Both the position numbers and the translations under genes were made by a program. Of a stretch of 64,000 nt of DNA, positions 51,301-62,950 are shown piece after piece. The notes below the pieces were generated by a model, which was not told the origin of the DNA, did not search any database, and saw only the letters and a program-made list of their open reading frames with translations. Origin of the DNA: Nemertoderma westbladi (Eukaryota; Animalia; Xenacoelomorpha). Positions within the stretch are counted from its first letter, which is position 1, and the number at the start of each line of letters is the position of its first letter. The stretch spans positions 1 to 64,000 of the forward strand of contig JAUCBJ010004350.1 of assembly GCA_032718475.1 (NCBI GenBank). Direction: 5' to 3'.

Positions 51301-51478
51301 ACTCAGTTTGTGCCTGAGCAGTGTTCCTACCAGGTATATGAACTCAGTTTGTGCCTGACCAGTGTTCCTACCAGGTATATTAACTCAGTTTGTGCCTGAC
51401 CAGTGTTCCTACCAGGTATATTAACTCAGTTTGTGCCTGAGCAGTGTTCCTACCAGGTATATTAACTCACTTTGTGCC
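48395..51478. repeat. 41-bp minisatellite, about 75 units, with a 1333-bp higher-order duplication; overlaps a URB1 splice donor
   Basis: Unit tttgtgcctga(g/c)cagtgttcctaccaggtatattaactca(g/c); rare variants recur exactly 1333 bp apart (48751/50084, 48911/50244, 49381/50714). Confidence 0.95.
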
Positions 51479-51661
51479 GGTTCCTAAGAGATTGTCCACA
51501 AACACAATCCCATTCTTCGTTGACGTTGTTAAATGACGCAGCATTTGGTAGACGGGTTGTCGGAAACTAGCGACCGTCATCATGTTGATAAGTGCAGACA
51601 ATGACTTGTGGTCGAAAATTCTGACTTTCGCCGTCTTGCTAACTTCGGTACAGGTAATCAA
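51471..51661 (-). CDS. URB1: URB1 exon (LITCTEVSKTAKVRIFDHKSL...VYQMLRHLTTSTKNGIVFVDNLLGTGT)
   Basis: Resembles URB1 ITKTQKVRFF...VHNFLMDLCCSLKHGINFYDASLGT; acceptor ccaattag, donor AA|GTGAGT at 51470; phase 2 joins the G at 19814. Confidence 0.88.
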
Positions 51662-51722
51662 CTAATTGGAAATTAAAAAAAGATTGCAAGTAAATACAGT
51701 ATAGGCCTAGATACTCTAAATA

Positions 51723-52555
51723 GGTTAGGTATTGGTGAAAAATATCGCGAGTAAAAATATCGTGAGGAAAATTATCGCGAGTCGAGTGTTGAAAAATATC
51801 GCGATTAAAATAAATCGAGAGTAAAAATATCGCAAGATGAAAAATATCAAAAATATGGAGAGTAAAAATATCGAGAGTAAAAATATCGAGAGTAAAACTA
51901 TGGAGAGTAAAAATATCGAGAGTAAAACTATCGACCACCCCCACGAGTAAAAATATCGAGAGTAAAAATATCGAGAGTAAAAATATCGACCACCCCCCCC
52001 CCCCCCCCCCCCCCCCCGAGTAAAAATATCGAAAGTAAAAATATCGAGAGTAAAACAATCGAGAGTAAAAATATTGTGAGTACTTTATTTAGAATTATGG
52101 CACAATATTGCAGTGCACCGGGGTACAACTTGGGTAAAACAAAGCAAGTGCAAATAAATGGCATTAATACACCTTGGGTGGATAGGGTACCCATTGACCA
52201 TATTTTTTATATTTTTTATACTAGTAGCTAGTTTTTGTTATTTTTTTTACAAATATTATAGAACACGTGTAAGCTACCAATTTTGATAAATATTGTTGTT
52301 CTAGAACACATTTTTTTGGTTCTAAAATATTTTTAGGAAAAAAATTATCATACAACCCTTATTAAAAAAATTGTTACTCTCGATATTTTTACTCTCGATA
52401 TTTTAACTCTCGATATTTTTACTCTCGATATTTTTACTCTCGATATTTTTACTCTCGATATTTTTTGAACTCGCGATATTATCGATACTCGATGTTTTAC
52501 TCGCGATATTTTTACTGGCGTTATTTTCCATGTCTCGATATTTTTCAATATAACC
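51723..52555. mobile_element. Foldback-type element with inverted arrays of 15-16-bp aaaatatcgagagta units, 8-9-bp TSD (C)TCTAAATA
   Basis: Left array 51738-52075 and inverted right array 52374-52548; GGTTA...TAACC termini; TSD at 51715-51722 and 52556-52563. Confidence 0.8.
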
Positions 52556-52576
52556 TCTAAATAAGATGAATTATAA

Positions 52577-52800
52577 GGGTAGGTGTAAAACGCGGATCCG
52601 GATCCGGATTCCAAAATTATCAATTAAGGTAAAGGAGCAGGTTACAGTGGCACGTTATTTAACCAAAACAATAAACTAAAGTAAATAGAACAGGTTATAG
52701 TTTTATTTTTGGGAGATATAAAAATGTAAAAAAAATTGACTTCCGTAGTGACAATGTTAAATGTGGAATCCGGATCCGGATCCGCGTTTTACTCTGACCC
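52577..52800. mobile_element. Mutator-like MITE, 9-bp TSD GAATTATAA
   Basis: TIR GGGT..GTGTAAAACGCGGATCCGGATCCGGATTCCA and its reverse complement; TSD at 52568-52576 and 52801-52809. Confidence 0.85.
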
Positions 52801-53410
52801 GAATTATAAGGGGTCATCCGGGAAAATCTAATTTTCGGACACCCCCCCCCCCAAGCTTGTTCAAGCTCTCTCTCTGTCTGTTGTGCTCGAACTCCTCCAA
52901 AACGGGCGGAGGAGGGATTGCGATGAGACTTGGCATGTGTGTATAACTTTAACGAGCGGTCATTGCATTATGGGCCACTTGTTCCAAAGTTTAATTCACG
53001 TTCGGTACCGGTACCGGTTATTGCCGGTTTTGGCGGAACAGGTACCGGCCCAGTTTTTTGAATTACCGTACACATTAATGGTACTGCATTCTTCATTAGG
53101 TAGGCCTAGCAGTACAATTATCGGGAAATACCGGGTAACCCGCCTCGGGTATTGCCGCCAGCCAGTAATAATATAATTAGCACTCCCCCCAAATTGCGGC
53201 TGCGGGGGGAATTTTATACCGGAATATCAGCATCTCTTCATCTTCACCTCCAACTACGTACTGGCCGTCGGGCTAATACTTGCTGTATTATTTTAACCTA
53301 TAAACTCCAGCCTGTTTTATTGTTTTGGGGATCATTCCGGTACTCAGTAGTCTACGATACACGATTATGTAACAATGAAGGTTAACATTACAACATCATT
53401 ATCTGCAACT

Positions 53411-54503
53411 GGGTCGATTCCGCAAAAAGTGGCCAAAATTATGTCAGACGTAATTTCACCATTCCATGAGCCATAACTCAGCAGAAAATAACCCAAACCA
53501 TATAAACCTATATATATTTCTAAAGAGCGAATTTTCGCAAATTTTTTGGCATTGTTTTTAAGCAATTTGACATATATTTTCCTTGGATTACAAGCACGAA
53601 ATGGACAGGAGATATGATGCTAAGTTTTTGAGATACAAACGATCATAACAAAATGTCAGTAGGAGATACTTCCAGTAAACTATATATCAGCTAAAAGCTT
53701 ATTTCATGATCTACAATCCAGTACTAGTCGTTACTGGGGTACACTTCATTATAGTTTTGTTTTTTGAGGAATGAAAAATGCTACATGTTCGTTTTTATAC
53801 ATTTTTTAGGTGTTGTAACGCTCGTATTTGAAACATAACTTTTTATTGTGAAATGTGTTTGTTTCAAGGTAAGTATTTTCCGAAACATAATTTTATAGGC
53901 TATCCATACATATACAAATGAACGCTAATCGATACGTCCAGCAGACATTATGCCCAAAAGTTTGCCAAGTAGTTTTTTAACGTCATAGAAATGTCCATCT
54001 TGTAACGCCCTTATTGTTGCTATAACTTTTCTTCCACAAATCGGATTTACTTAAATGTAAAGTTTATTTATACCGCTTCTGAAAGCGCTATCTAATTATA
54101 TACAAGGTCAAGCTTTCACGTTAACCTAATGAGATTGCTAAGCATGTCCACAGTTGTCCTGCATGTAACGTTATGTAACGCATTGTAACGATGTCGACTC
54201 ACTTGTAAAGCATGCACATAAATATGTAACGCAAATAAACTGTCGTTACACTTTCGTTACAGATGAGACATGTCCAAAACGTAACGCATGTTTATTGTTT
54301 AAACAAGGGAATTTATATGAGACAAAACGTTACCGACGAGACATGTTTTTCGTCCATAACTTTTTTACCATTGGTAGAAAAAATGAACCACTATGAAATT
54401 TGAAATCAGCACGCTAAGGGCTTTCGAAATATGTAAGATTTGATAGGGTTGGCGAAAAAAGTTTTTTAACCTTGAATTTGGCCACTTATTGTGCAAACGA
54501 CCC
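53411..54503. mobile_element. Non-autonomous TIR element, GGG termini, 4-bp TSD AACT (Sola2-like)
   Basis: GGGTCGATTCCGCAAAAAGTGGCCAAAATT versus the reverse complement of the right end, GGGTCGTTTGCACAATAAGTGGCCAAATT; AACT on both flanks. Confidence 0.7.
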
Positions 54504-54551
54504 AACTGTAGATCAATAACGGAATGTTCGATATGATTATATTTAAATTAC

Positions 54552-54734
54552 CTTTGTATTTATAGTTGTTAGGAATATACCGGACCTCTCAATCGGGTCA
54601 TCATTCAATCCATAGAATAGACTAGATATCATACCGGGAGTGTTGGCTAGATGGCGTAAAAGATTTGGGTTCGAATGTAACAGATATCCAATAACGAATG
54701 TGATGTAGGATCCACGAACATCTGAATCGGGTTC
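54552..54734 (-). CDS. URB1: URB1 exon (EPDSDVRGSYITFVIGYLL...LFYGLNDDPIERSGIFLTTINTK), Npa1 domain
   Basis: 183 bp, acceptor ttcctttag, donor AAG|GTAATT; resembles URB1 DVRQAYVQFALSFL...GIKEDRISTINILLSTLKTK. Confidence 0.88.
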
Positions 54735-54756
54735 CTAAAGGAATACATTGGAAGTA

Positions 54757-55069
54757 CTCTGGAGTCCCGAATAGACAGGGTGGCTGGAATAAACGTGGTG
54801 GGTGGAAAATTAAGCCTACTTACTTAACATACAGTGTAGGCGTACAGGTACAGCAGTACCTACAGCTACCGGTGGTATGTATACTCGGTACACGGTTTTT
54901 GTTTTCTTTCACTTTCAACTCTCAATTATTATGAGAACAAACGTTTATTTACTCATAATAAAAAATGTACTAATTTAAAAAAATTTATAGTGGAATAAGA
55001 TAATTGTGGGTAGATTTTTTTTCAAAAATTAACAGCCGTGTGGCCCCGTCTATTCGGGACTCCACAGAG
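54757..55069. mobile_element. Tc1/mariner-like MITE (TA flanks)
   Basis: CTCTGGAGTCCCGAATAGACAGGG at the left end and CCCCGTCTATTCGGGACTCCACAGAG at the right end, flanked by TA. Confidence 0.7.
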
Positions 55070-55974
55070 TATATATAGTAATCGAGACGGGTAAACTACA
55101 GTACACCAGAATAAAAGCAACATGGTTTGAGTTAAGTAACTCATTGTTGACTATGGTTCTGACTCACACACCTGATGGTCTTTTTCAACTCTGGTTTACA
55201 AATTCCCAGCGTCTAATCAATGCGGATGGGTGCACATCGCATTGTTAATGAAAAAATATTTGTTTTACAGTTTTTCCAAATGTCGGATGATTTAGTGGAT
55301 TCACATCGCCGTGGTAGACATGCTGTTTAATCTTTTGGTTAGAAATGCCTGACTTAGAAACTTATCATCCTGACATGCTCCGTGTGCACTGATAGTAATT
55401 CAGTCGAACCGCAATGACCGAAATAGTGGGTGTACGACAGTAGATCCCTTGAGAACAATACGGCCCTTTCATTGCAAATCCCAGTATCGCAAATTGTTCA
55501 AACAATCGAGTTTTATATATCAATCGAATCAGGAAACTGTTCTGCGTCTGTCTGTGAAGTTTCTAAGCATTTGAAGAAGGGGAAATAGGTTTTTGAAATT
55601 GCCAAAACCGTGTATCTTGCACCATTTTTAGCACATGTTTAAATTGCAAATAAACCCAGTATCTAATCTAGTTTATAGATAGAAAATACAGTTATATAGA
55701 AAATACATATAAAAATTACGTATAACAAAACCCAGTATCTCCAAAATGTGTACGCCAAAACCTGATTATGCTCCATTTTATGAGCAATTGCTCAATTTCG
55801 GAAAGAAGATTCAAAGAAGATTGGGTAATTTAACCAATAGCTTAACTAGGTACTGGGAAGTTCTTGTAGAAATTCATTGATGGGAACATCAATCATGTGT
55901 TGTCTAAAGTCTTGTGACAGATCTAAAAATTAATACTGTTGGAGATACTGGGTTTTGCAGTGAACATAGTGACT

Positions 55975-56198
55975 ATTTTAAGAACAGAACATATTGTCTA
56001 TATTAAGAACATATTGTCTATTTTAAGAACATATTGTCTATTTTAAGAACATATTGTCTATTTTAAGAAGATATTGTCTATTTTAAGAACATATTGTCTA
56101 TTTTAAGAACATATTGTCTATTTTAAGAAGATATTGTCTATTTTAAGAACATATTGTCTATTTTAAGAACATATTGTCTATTTTAAGAACATATTGTC
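55975..56198. repeat. 20-bp tandem repeat (ttttaagaacatattgtcta), about 11 copies
   Basis: Direct inspection. Confidence 0.95.
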
Positions 56199-56239
56199 CC
56201 CTATTACCCCCTTGATTGGCCCTTTGATTGACCCCCTTG

Positions 56240-58632
56240 ATTACATACCAAACCTAATATCTCCAAAAATGTCATACCAAAACCCAGTATCTCCAAAAGT
56301 TACATACCAAAACCCAATATCTCCAAAAAGTTTCATACCAAAACCCAGTATCTCCAAAAAGTTTCATACCAAAACCCAGTATCTCCAAAAGTTACATACC
56401 AAAACACAGTATCTCCAAAAAGTTCCATACCAAAACCCAGTATCTCCAAAAAGTTACAGACTAGTCTAAAACCCAGTATCTCCAAAAAGATTCATTCATA
56501 CCAAAACCCAGTATCTCCAATAGTGTCATATACCAAAACCCAGTATCTCCAAAAAATTTCATACCAAAACCCAGTATCTCCAAAAAGTGTCATAACAAAA
56601 CCCAGTATCTCCAAAAAGTTTCATACCAAAACCCAGTATCTCCAAAAAGTTTCATACCAAAACCCAGTATCTCCAAAAGTGTCATACCAAAACCCAGTAT
56701 CTCCAAAAAGTTTCATACCAAAACCCAGTATCTCCATAAAGTGTCATACCAAAACCCAGTATCTCCAAAAAGTTTCATGCCAAAACCCAGTATCTCCAAA
56801 AAGTTTCATACCAAAATCCAATATCTCCAAAAAATTTTCATACCAAAACCCAGTATCTCCAAAAAGTTACATACCAAAACCCAGTATCTCCAAAAGTTAC
56901 ATACCAAAACACAGTATCTCCAAAAAGTTTCATACCAAAACCCAGTATCTCCAAAAAGTTTCATACCAAAACCCAGTATCTCCAAAAGTTACATACCAAA
57001 ACACAGTATCTCCAAAAAAGTTTCATACCAAAACACAGAATCTCCAAAAAGTTTCATACCAAAACCCAGTATCTCCAAAAGTTTCATACCAAAACCCAGT
57101 ATCTCCAAAAAGTTCCATACCAAAACCCAGTATCTCCAAAAGTTATATACCAAAACCCAGTATCTCCAAAAAGTTACAGACCAAAACCCAGTATCTCCAA
57201 AAGTTTCATACCAAAACCCAGTATCTCCAAAAGTTACATACCAAAACCCAGTATCTCCAAAAGTTTCATACCAAAACCCTGTATCTCCAAAAGTTTCATA
57301 CCAAAACCCAGTATCTCCAAAAGTTTCATACCAAAACCCAGTATCTCCAAAAAGTTCCATACCAAAACCCAGTATCTCCAAAAAGTTTCATTCCAAAACC
57401 CAGTATCTCCAAAAAGTTTCATACCAAAACCCAGTATCTCCAAAAAGTTCCATACCAAAACCCAGTATCTCCAAAAAGTTTTATACCAAAACCCAGTATC
57501 TCCAAAAAGTTTCATACCAAAACCCAGTATCTCCAAAAAGTTTCATACCAAAACCCAGTATCTCCAAAAAGTTTCATACCAAAACCCAGTATCTCCAAAA
57601 GTTACATACCAAAACCCAGTATCTCCAAAAGTTTCATACCAAAACCCAGTATCTCCAAAAAGTTTCATACCAAAACCCAGTATCTCGAAAAAGTTTCATA
57701 CCAAAACCCAGTATCTCCAAATAGTTTCATACCAAAACCCAGTATCTCCAAAAGCGTCATACCAAAACCCAGTATCTCCAAAAGTTTCATACCAAAACCC
57801 AGTATCTCCAAAAAGTTTTATACCAAAACCCAGTATCTCCAAAAGTGTCATAACAAAACCCTGCATCTCCAAAAGTTTCATACCAAAACCCAGTATCTCC
57901 AAAAAGTTTCATACCAAAACCCAGTACCTCCGAAAGTTACATACCAAAACCCAGTATCTCCAAAAAGTTTCATACCAAAACCCAGTATCTCCAAAAGTGT
58001 CATACCAAAACCCAGTATCTCCAAAAGTGTCATACCAAAACCCAGTATCTCCAAAAAGTTTCATACCAAAACCCAGTATCTCCAAATAGTTTCATACCAA
58101 AACCCAGTATCTCCAAAAAGTTTCATACCAAAACCCAGTATCTCCAAATAGTTTCATACCACAACCCAGTATCTCCAAAAAGTTTCATACCAAAACCCAG
58201 TATCTCCAAAAGTGTCATACCAAAACCCAGTATCTCCAAAAGTGTCATACCAAAACCCAGTATCTCCAAAAGTGTCATACCAAAACCCAGTATCTCCAAA
58301 AAGTTTCATACCAAAACCCAGTATCTCCAAATAGTTTCATACCAAAACCCAGTATCTCCAAAAAGTTTCATACCAAAACCCAGTATCTCCAAAAAGTTTC
58401 ATACCAAAATCCAGTATCTCCAAAAGTGTCATACCAAAATCCAGTATCTCCAAAAGTGTCATACCAAAACCCAGTATCTCCAAAAAGTTTCATACCAAAA
58501 CCCAGTATCTCCAAATAGTTTCATACCAAAACCCAGTATCTCCAAAAAGTTGCATACCAAAACCCAGTATCTCCAAAAGTTTCATACCAAAATCCAGTAT
58601 CTCCAAAAGTTTCATACCAAAACCTAGTATCA
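56240..58632. repeat. 30-31-bp satellite (ttcataccaaaacccagtatctccaaaa(a)g), about 78 copies, derived from the TIR
   Basis: The core caaaacccagtatctcc is the TIR core of the 55461-58851 element. Confidence 0.95.
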
Positions 58633-59279
58633 ACGACTATGCCTCATTTCATGAGTAATAATTAAATTCTGGTAAATAAATTCCTTTTTTTTATTGGTAG
58701 GCTAAATTAACCAATGCCTTTCCTTGGTTCTGAGAAATTTTGGGTTCATTTCATAGCTGTGATCATTAATCGCAGAAGGTCCCCAAATTCTTTTGCGTTT
58801 TTCTCAAAATGAAAAGTGATGGAGATACTGGGTTTTGAAATGAAAGGGCAGAATAGTCTTATAATTATGAGTTCTTGAGATGAGATATATTGCAGAAATA
58901 GGGCAGGGCAACTCAATTCAACATTAAATTTATCATTTTGTTTAATAAAATCGCCGCTGTCACATGGAAATTCGGTACACGGTACACTTTGGTAAACCAA
59001 TCATCAAAGCACATCTTGGTTCTTTTCTTACAACTAGGGATTTTTAGTTCCAACAGTAAATTACGTATATTTTATTTACAGGCTGTTAATTAAGTAATAT
59101 AATTTACCGGCCAGTAATTTAAGTAATTTTATTATTTACCTAAGGTGAATTAAGTATATTTTATTTACCGGTGCGCCATAGGCTGAGCGATAAATTTAAA
59201 TTGGATCAATTTTCAATATAGTATTATATTATATCTTATAAAGAAAGTATTTTGGAGCCATGGAGTTGTATTTACTCAC

Positions 59280-59412
59280 TTTTATTCCCGACCACTGGGC
59301 TAATACATGGAATGGTAGGTTGGAACCGGTAATCAATGTTGTCAGATACCGACAAGCAGATTCTCCAAGTGCTGTACACGCTGATAGTAACTGGAACGTC
59401 GCAGAAACCATT
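59280..59412 (-). CDS. URB1: URB1 exon (MVSATFQLLSACTALGESACRYLTTLITGSNLPFHVLAQWSGIK)
   Basis: Acceptor gtatctag, donor AAA|GTGAGT; phase 2 in, phase 0 out; resembles URB1 LARACLSLMTAMVTQGPEAARDV. Confidence 0.82.
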
Positions 59413-60129
59413 CTAGATACAACAAATTATTATGTATTAAATATAGGCGATAATAACATAAAGCGATGAAAGAGGAACTACATTGTTTAAGAAAAATAAT
59501 AATGTTTAGCTTAGATCACTTGATACGGGGGTGGTTGGGAGGGGACTGAGCTGGAATTTTTTTATGAGTGTTTTTTATTTCCAAACAGTAATCAGCATTT
59601 GGAGTAGAACATCATTATTCTGCAATTCAAAGGTAGTCAGTCTATTGATACTATTATGCTATTTGGATTGGAAATCTTGCGGACATTCTGAGGGTATGGC
59701 ACGCACTACTGCCTTGGCTGTTTGTAGTTGTTCAAAGTGCAGCGAATTTTTAATTTTATACCGAAAAGTGAATATGTGAATGCGGATTTTTCATAATTTC
59801 ATCTTAAAATTTTGTGATAATGGAGACGTAGAAAGAGTCAAAGGGCTGGCCCATTCAGTCATACAGCCATGTATTCGGTGTGTGTTTGTACTGCGTAGTG
59901 TGAGTCAGAAGGCATATTTAATTAGTGGATTTCGACAAACACACTTTTGGAAAACGACCGCAATATAATTATAGGCTAGAGATATCGTAAAAAAGGGTTT
60001 ACAAAGGGGAATGATGCAACCGAAAGTCGCAGTACAGAGTCGTTTCGCCACGTTACTGTTATCGTAACGCTATACGTATGATTGGTACAATCAAGGTAAA
60101 GCATTGAATTGCAATGAATTATTATATAC

Positions 60130-60263
60130 CTGTTGGAACAGCGGGTTTGTAAGCCATCTGTTATAAACCAACCATAGTTATTCACTAAGTTCCTGACCAC
60201 GTCACAGTAATCCATATCTGGGCTGGTGGCATCCACCAGCTGTATGAACAACTTCTCCAAAAC
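60130..60263 (-). CDS. URB1: URB1 exon (VLEKLFIQLVDATSPDMDYCDVVRNLVNNYGWFITDGLQTRCSN)
   Basis: Donor AG|GTATAT at 60129, phase 2 fits the next exon; resembles VFEAILLRT...IVKKLMNNHMKLI. The acceptor is ambiguous (exon start 60263 or 60315). Confidence 0.7.
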
Positions 60264-60824
60264 CTTTAACATAAATAACAGGTCTTTGAGCACCTCGTGA
60301 ATTATTGCCCAAAACCTATCAATACAACTACAACAACTGTAGGCATTGGGCATTGCAGCTGCATTACATATACACCAGGACATCATGATATACAGATACA
60401 CCGCAATATAGTGTCTTTTTTTTTTAATGACACGGAACTAGTTCAACTCACCGTCGACTCGTCAAGGACCCCATGAAGCCGGTATTTTCAATTTTGCCTA
60501 TAAATTTTTATTTAAGCGTTTTAAAGAAGTTTATTTTTCGAAATTGCACCGTTCGTATCTAAGTCATACTTTACATTACCATCGGTTTGTACATATATCA
60601 TTATAGGAAGCTTGCGTTACAAGGATTCAAAATATATAACATAACATTCTAGAACATAACATTCTAGAACATATTATTTATCTCTATCCAATATCTCGAT
60701 TGGATAGCTACACATACATAAACAAAATGTTCCAGAACATTGAGTATTTATTAAATAGAATAATTGGCCTCCAGCCAACGATAATTCTTGCAATCTTTGA
60801 ACGCATACATCTCAGCTGTTCTTC

Positions 60825-60930
60825 AGATTGCTTGCGGTGTCCCCCAAGGTTCTGTCTGTTCACCACTTCCTTTTCTACTTTATTAATGACCTCGCTGACG
60901 CCACTATCTTCGCGGACGATACCACGATAA
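60825..60930 (+). mobile_element. Short degenerate LINE RT fragment
   Basis: CGVPQGSV ... INDL ... IFADDTT remnants. Confidence 0.6.
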
Positions 60931-62816
60931 TTTTACAAAATTGTTTAATAAATAATCAAATACTCGAGGGGGAACTGGGCGCAAATCCCACCTTGGCGAA
61001 TTAATATCCCGCCTCAATGTTAAATTCTCAATTTAGGGAAAGGAGCAGTTATTTTAGTGGCACGTTATTTTAACCAAAACAATAAACTAAACACAATAGA
61101 ACAAGTTACAGTTTTACTTTTGAGAGTAATCAGCTGTTATTTGCGTCCAATTTCCCTGGAGAGGGATGAATTCTTATTGCGTCCAGTCTTATTTCTTTAT
61201 AATCTCTAATTTCTCATATCTAAATTTATAATTCTCTCGTTCTTATTGCTGCTCCAATATACAAACAGTTAAAAATATTATCACTCAATTTATTGTATGA
61301 ATATCACGTATCCTCACCTCATTTATGTACGACAACCACTCAAAAACGTTTTCAAAAATTTAATACTGTCCATTCACATTTAATGTTAAATTCATTTAAA
61401 TTACATCAGCGAACAATAATTCTTGCAATCTTTGAACGCGTATATCTCAGCTGTTACCAAACGAAATTCAGATATATGACATATTTCGAATCCTTGCAAG
61501 GCATGCTTTTTAATGATGAAAAAAATTACGACTAATGTGAACAATGGCCACGATAAACTTTTTTTAAAACGCTTATAAAATTTTAAAGAGAAAATCGAAA
61601 ACTCCGACTTCATGGGGTCATCGACGGTAAGTGGAGCTAAAAGTAAAGTTTTGTAAAAAAAAATCTGGGGGGGGGGGGGGGTGGGTTCCGTGTATCATCA
61701 GAAAATGACACTATACTACGGGATGAGGTGTAATAGCATATAATATAATATTTATCCAGTAAACGATCTAGAAGATTATTATTTTGATTTCGCATTATTT
61801 ATTCTAGATCAGTAATAGGGTTGGTGCGCGAAAAAATTTTTGGGCTAGAAACAATTGAATAAGGGGTAACAATGTGCCCTGAATCGAGTGACGGGGTGTT
61901 TTTTGTAAAAACACGAGGAAACGGTTGAAATGGCGGGTTTAATTAAGTAAGTGTGGGAAGCCAATTTTGAAAATCGGCTGTGATTGGCTGCTACATATTT
62001 GATGTCACTACGCAGTGCTCTTATAATTTCTTGTATTGGTTTCTATGGAGTGAGAATGATTTTAGATTCATTCATTTCACACGAGGCATATATCAATTGA
62101 AAGCGGAGAGTCTCGCGTCTTTTGACACTACAATTAATTAAATACATGGTGATGAACATTGATAAAAAAAATTAATTCACAATTATAGATTGCTGCAGAG
62201 TAGATTATAGATAGAGGGAATTATAGATTGGCAGATTGCCTGACCGGTATGCAAGTAGTACTGAACCACTCAGCCCTATCCACCTATTACATTGCAGTAC
62301 CAGTATCTGAGTATTGCTGTATTGTGTCATTAAGTTGAGTAAACCTACCGCTGTTCCACTCTTACACTACCGGTCACCGGTAGGCCTACACATTTCAAAT
62401 TAATGAACTTAAGTTCATTAATCCAAGCGACAATACAGCAATAGGCCTACTCCGATACTGCAATGCAATTGGTGGATAAGGCAGAGTTGGTGAGTACTTG
62501 CATACGGGATCAGGCAATCTTAACCAAGTTTGCAAAATTGCAAACAGTATTTTATTAATGTTCATTAGGGATGTCCCGGAATTTCGTTCCGGCCGGAATA
62601 GGGTAAATTCCGGCCGGAATTTTACCGGAATTACCAGGTTCCTAACTAGTGTGATAATTGCAATTAGTTTGTTAAATTATTATCAACATATATTTTTAAA
62701 CATTATTCCAATTAGTTTAAGATACTTTTCAACACTTGTAAAAAGTATAGAAATAAAGTTTTCTCCGACCGTTAGAGCTAACATGCTCTAATGATAATGC
62801 TATCTAACATGCTCTA

Positions 62817-62950
62817 TTAAGGATACAAGGCAGAGATGCCTTCAAACCATTCGTGTCGAATCGAAAACTGCCTTGGCTGACATGCAGGGATCGAACCCAC
62901 GACCTCCAAATAGTTTGGAAATCAATGAACCAATACACCAAGGTGGAACC
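62817..62950 (-). mobile_element. Diverged, truncated SINE family A copy
   Basis: ttaaggatacaaggcagagatg...ggatcgaacccacgacct...caccaaggtggaacc matches 24925-25070. Confidence 0.75.

Larger units (their letters stand above)
55461..58851. mobile_element. Non-autonomous Sola1-like element, about 31-bp TIRs, 4-bp TSD AATA
   Basis: Left CGGCCCTTTCATTGCAAATCCCAGTATCGC; right end reverse complement CTGCCCTTTCATTTCAAAACCCAGTATCTCC; AATA at 55457-55460 and 58852-58855; same CTGCC terminus as 36024. Confidence 0.78.
1215..60263 (-). other. URB1: URB1/Npa1 gene span (at least 9 coding exons; 5' end not located)
   Basis: Exons 60263-60130, 59412-59280, 54734-54552, 51661-51471, 19814-19619, 18437-18294, 16501-14181, 12559-12323 and 2634-1215. 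All have AG/GT boundaries, join in compatible phase, and give peptides in the same order as remembered vertebrate URB1. Confidence 0.85.

Noticed and set aside
56194-58151. Long ORFs (542 aa, 327 aa) as proteins
   Set aside because: They are translations of the 30-31-bp satellite and the peptide cycles through frames.
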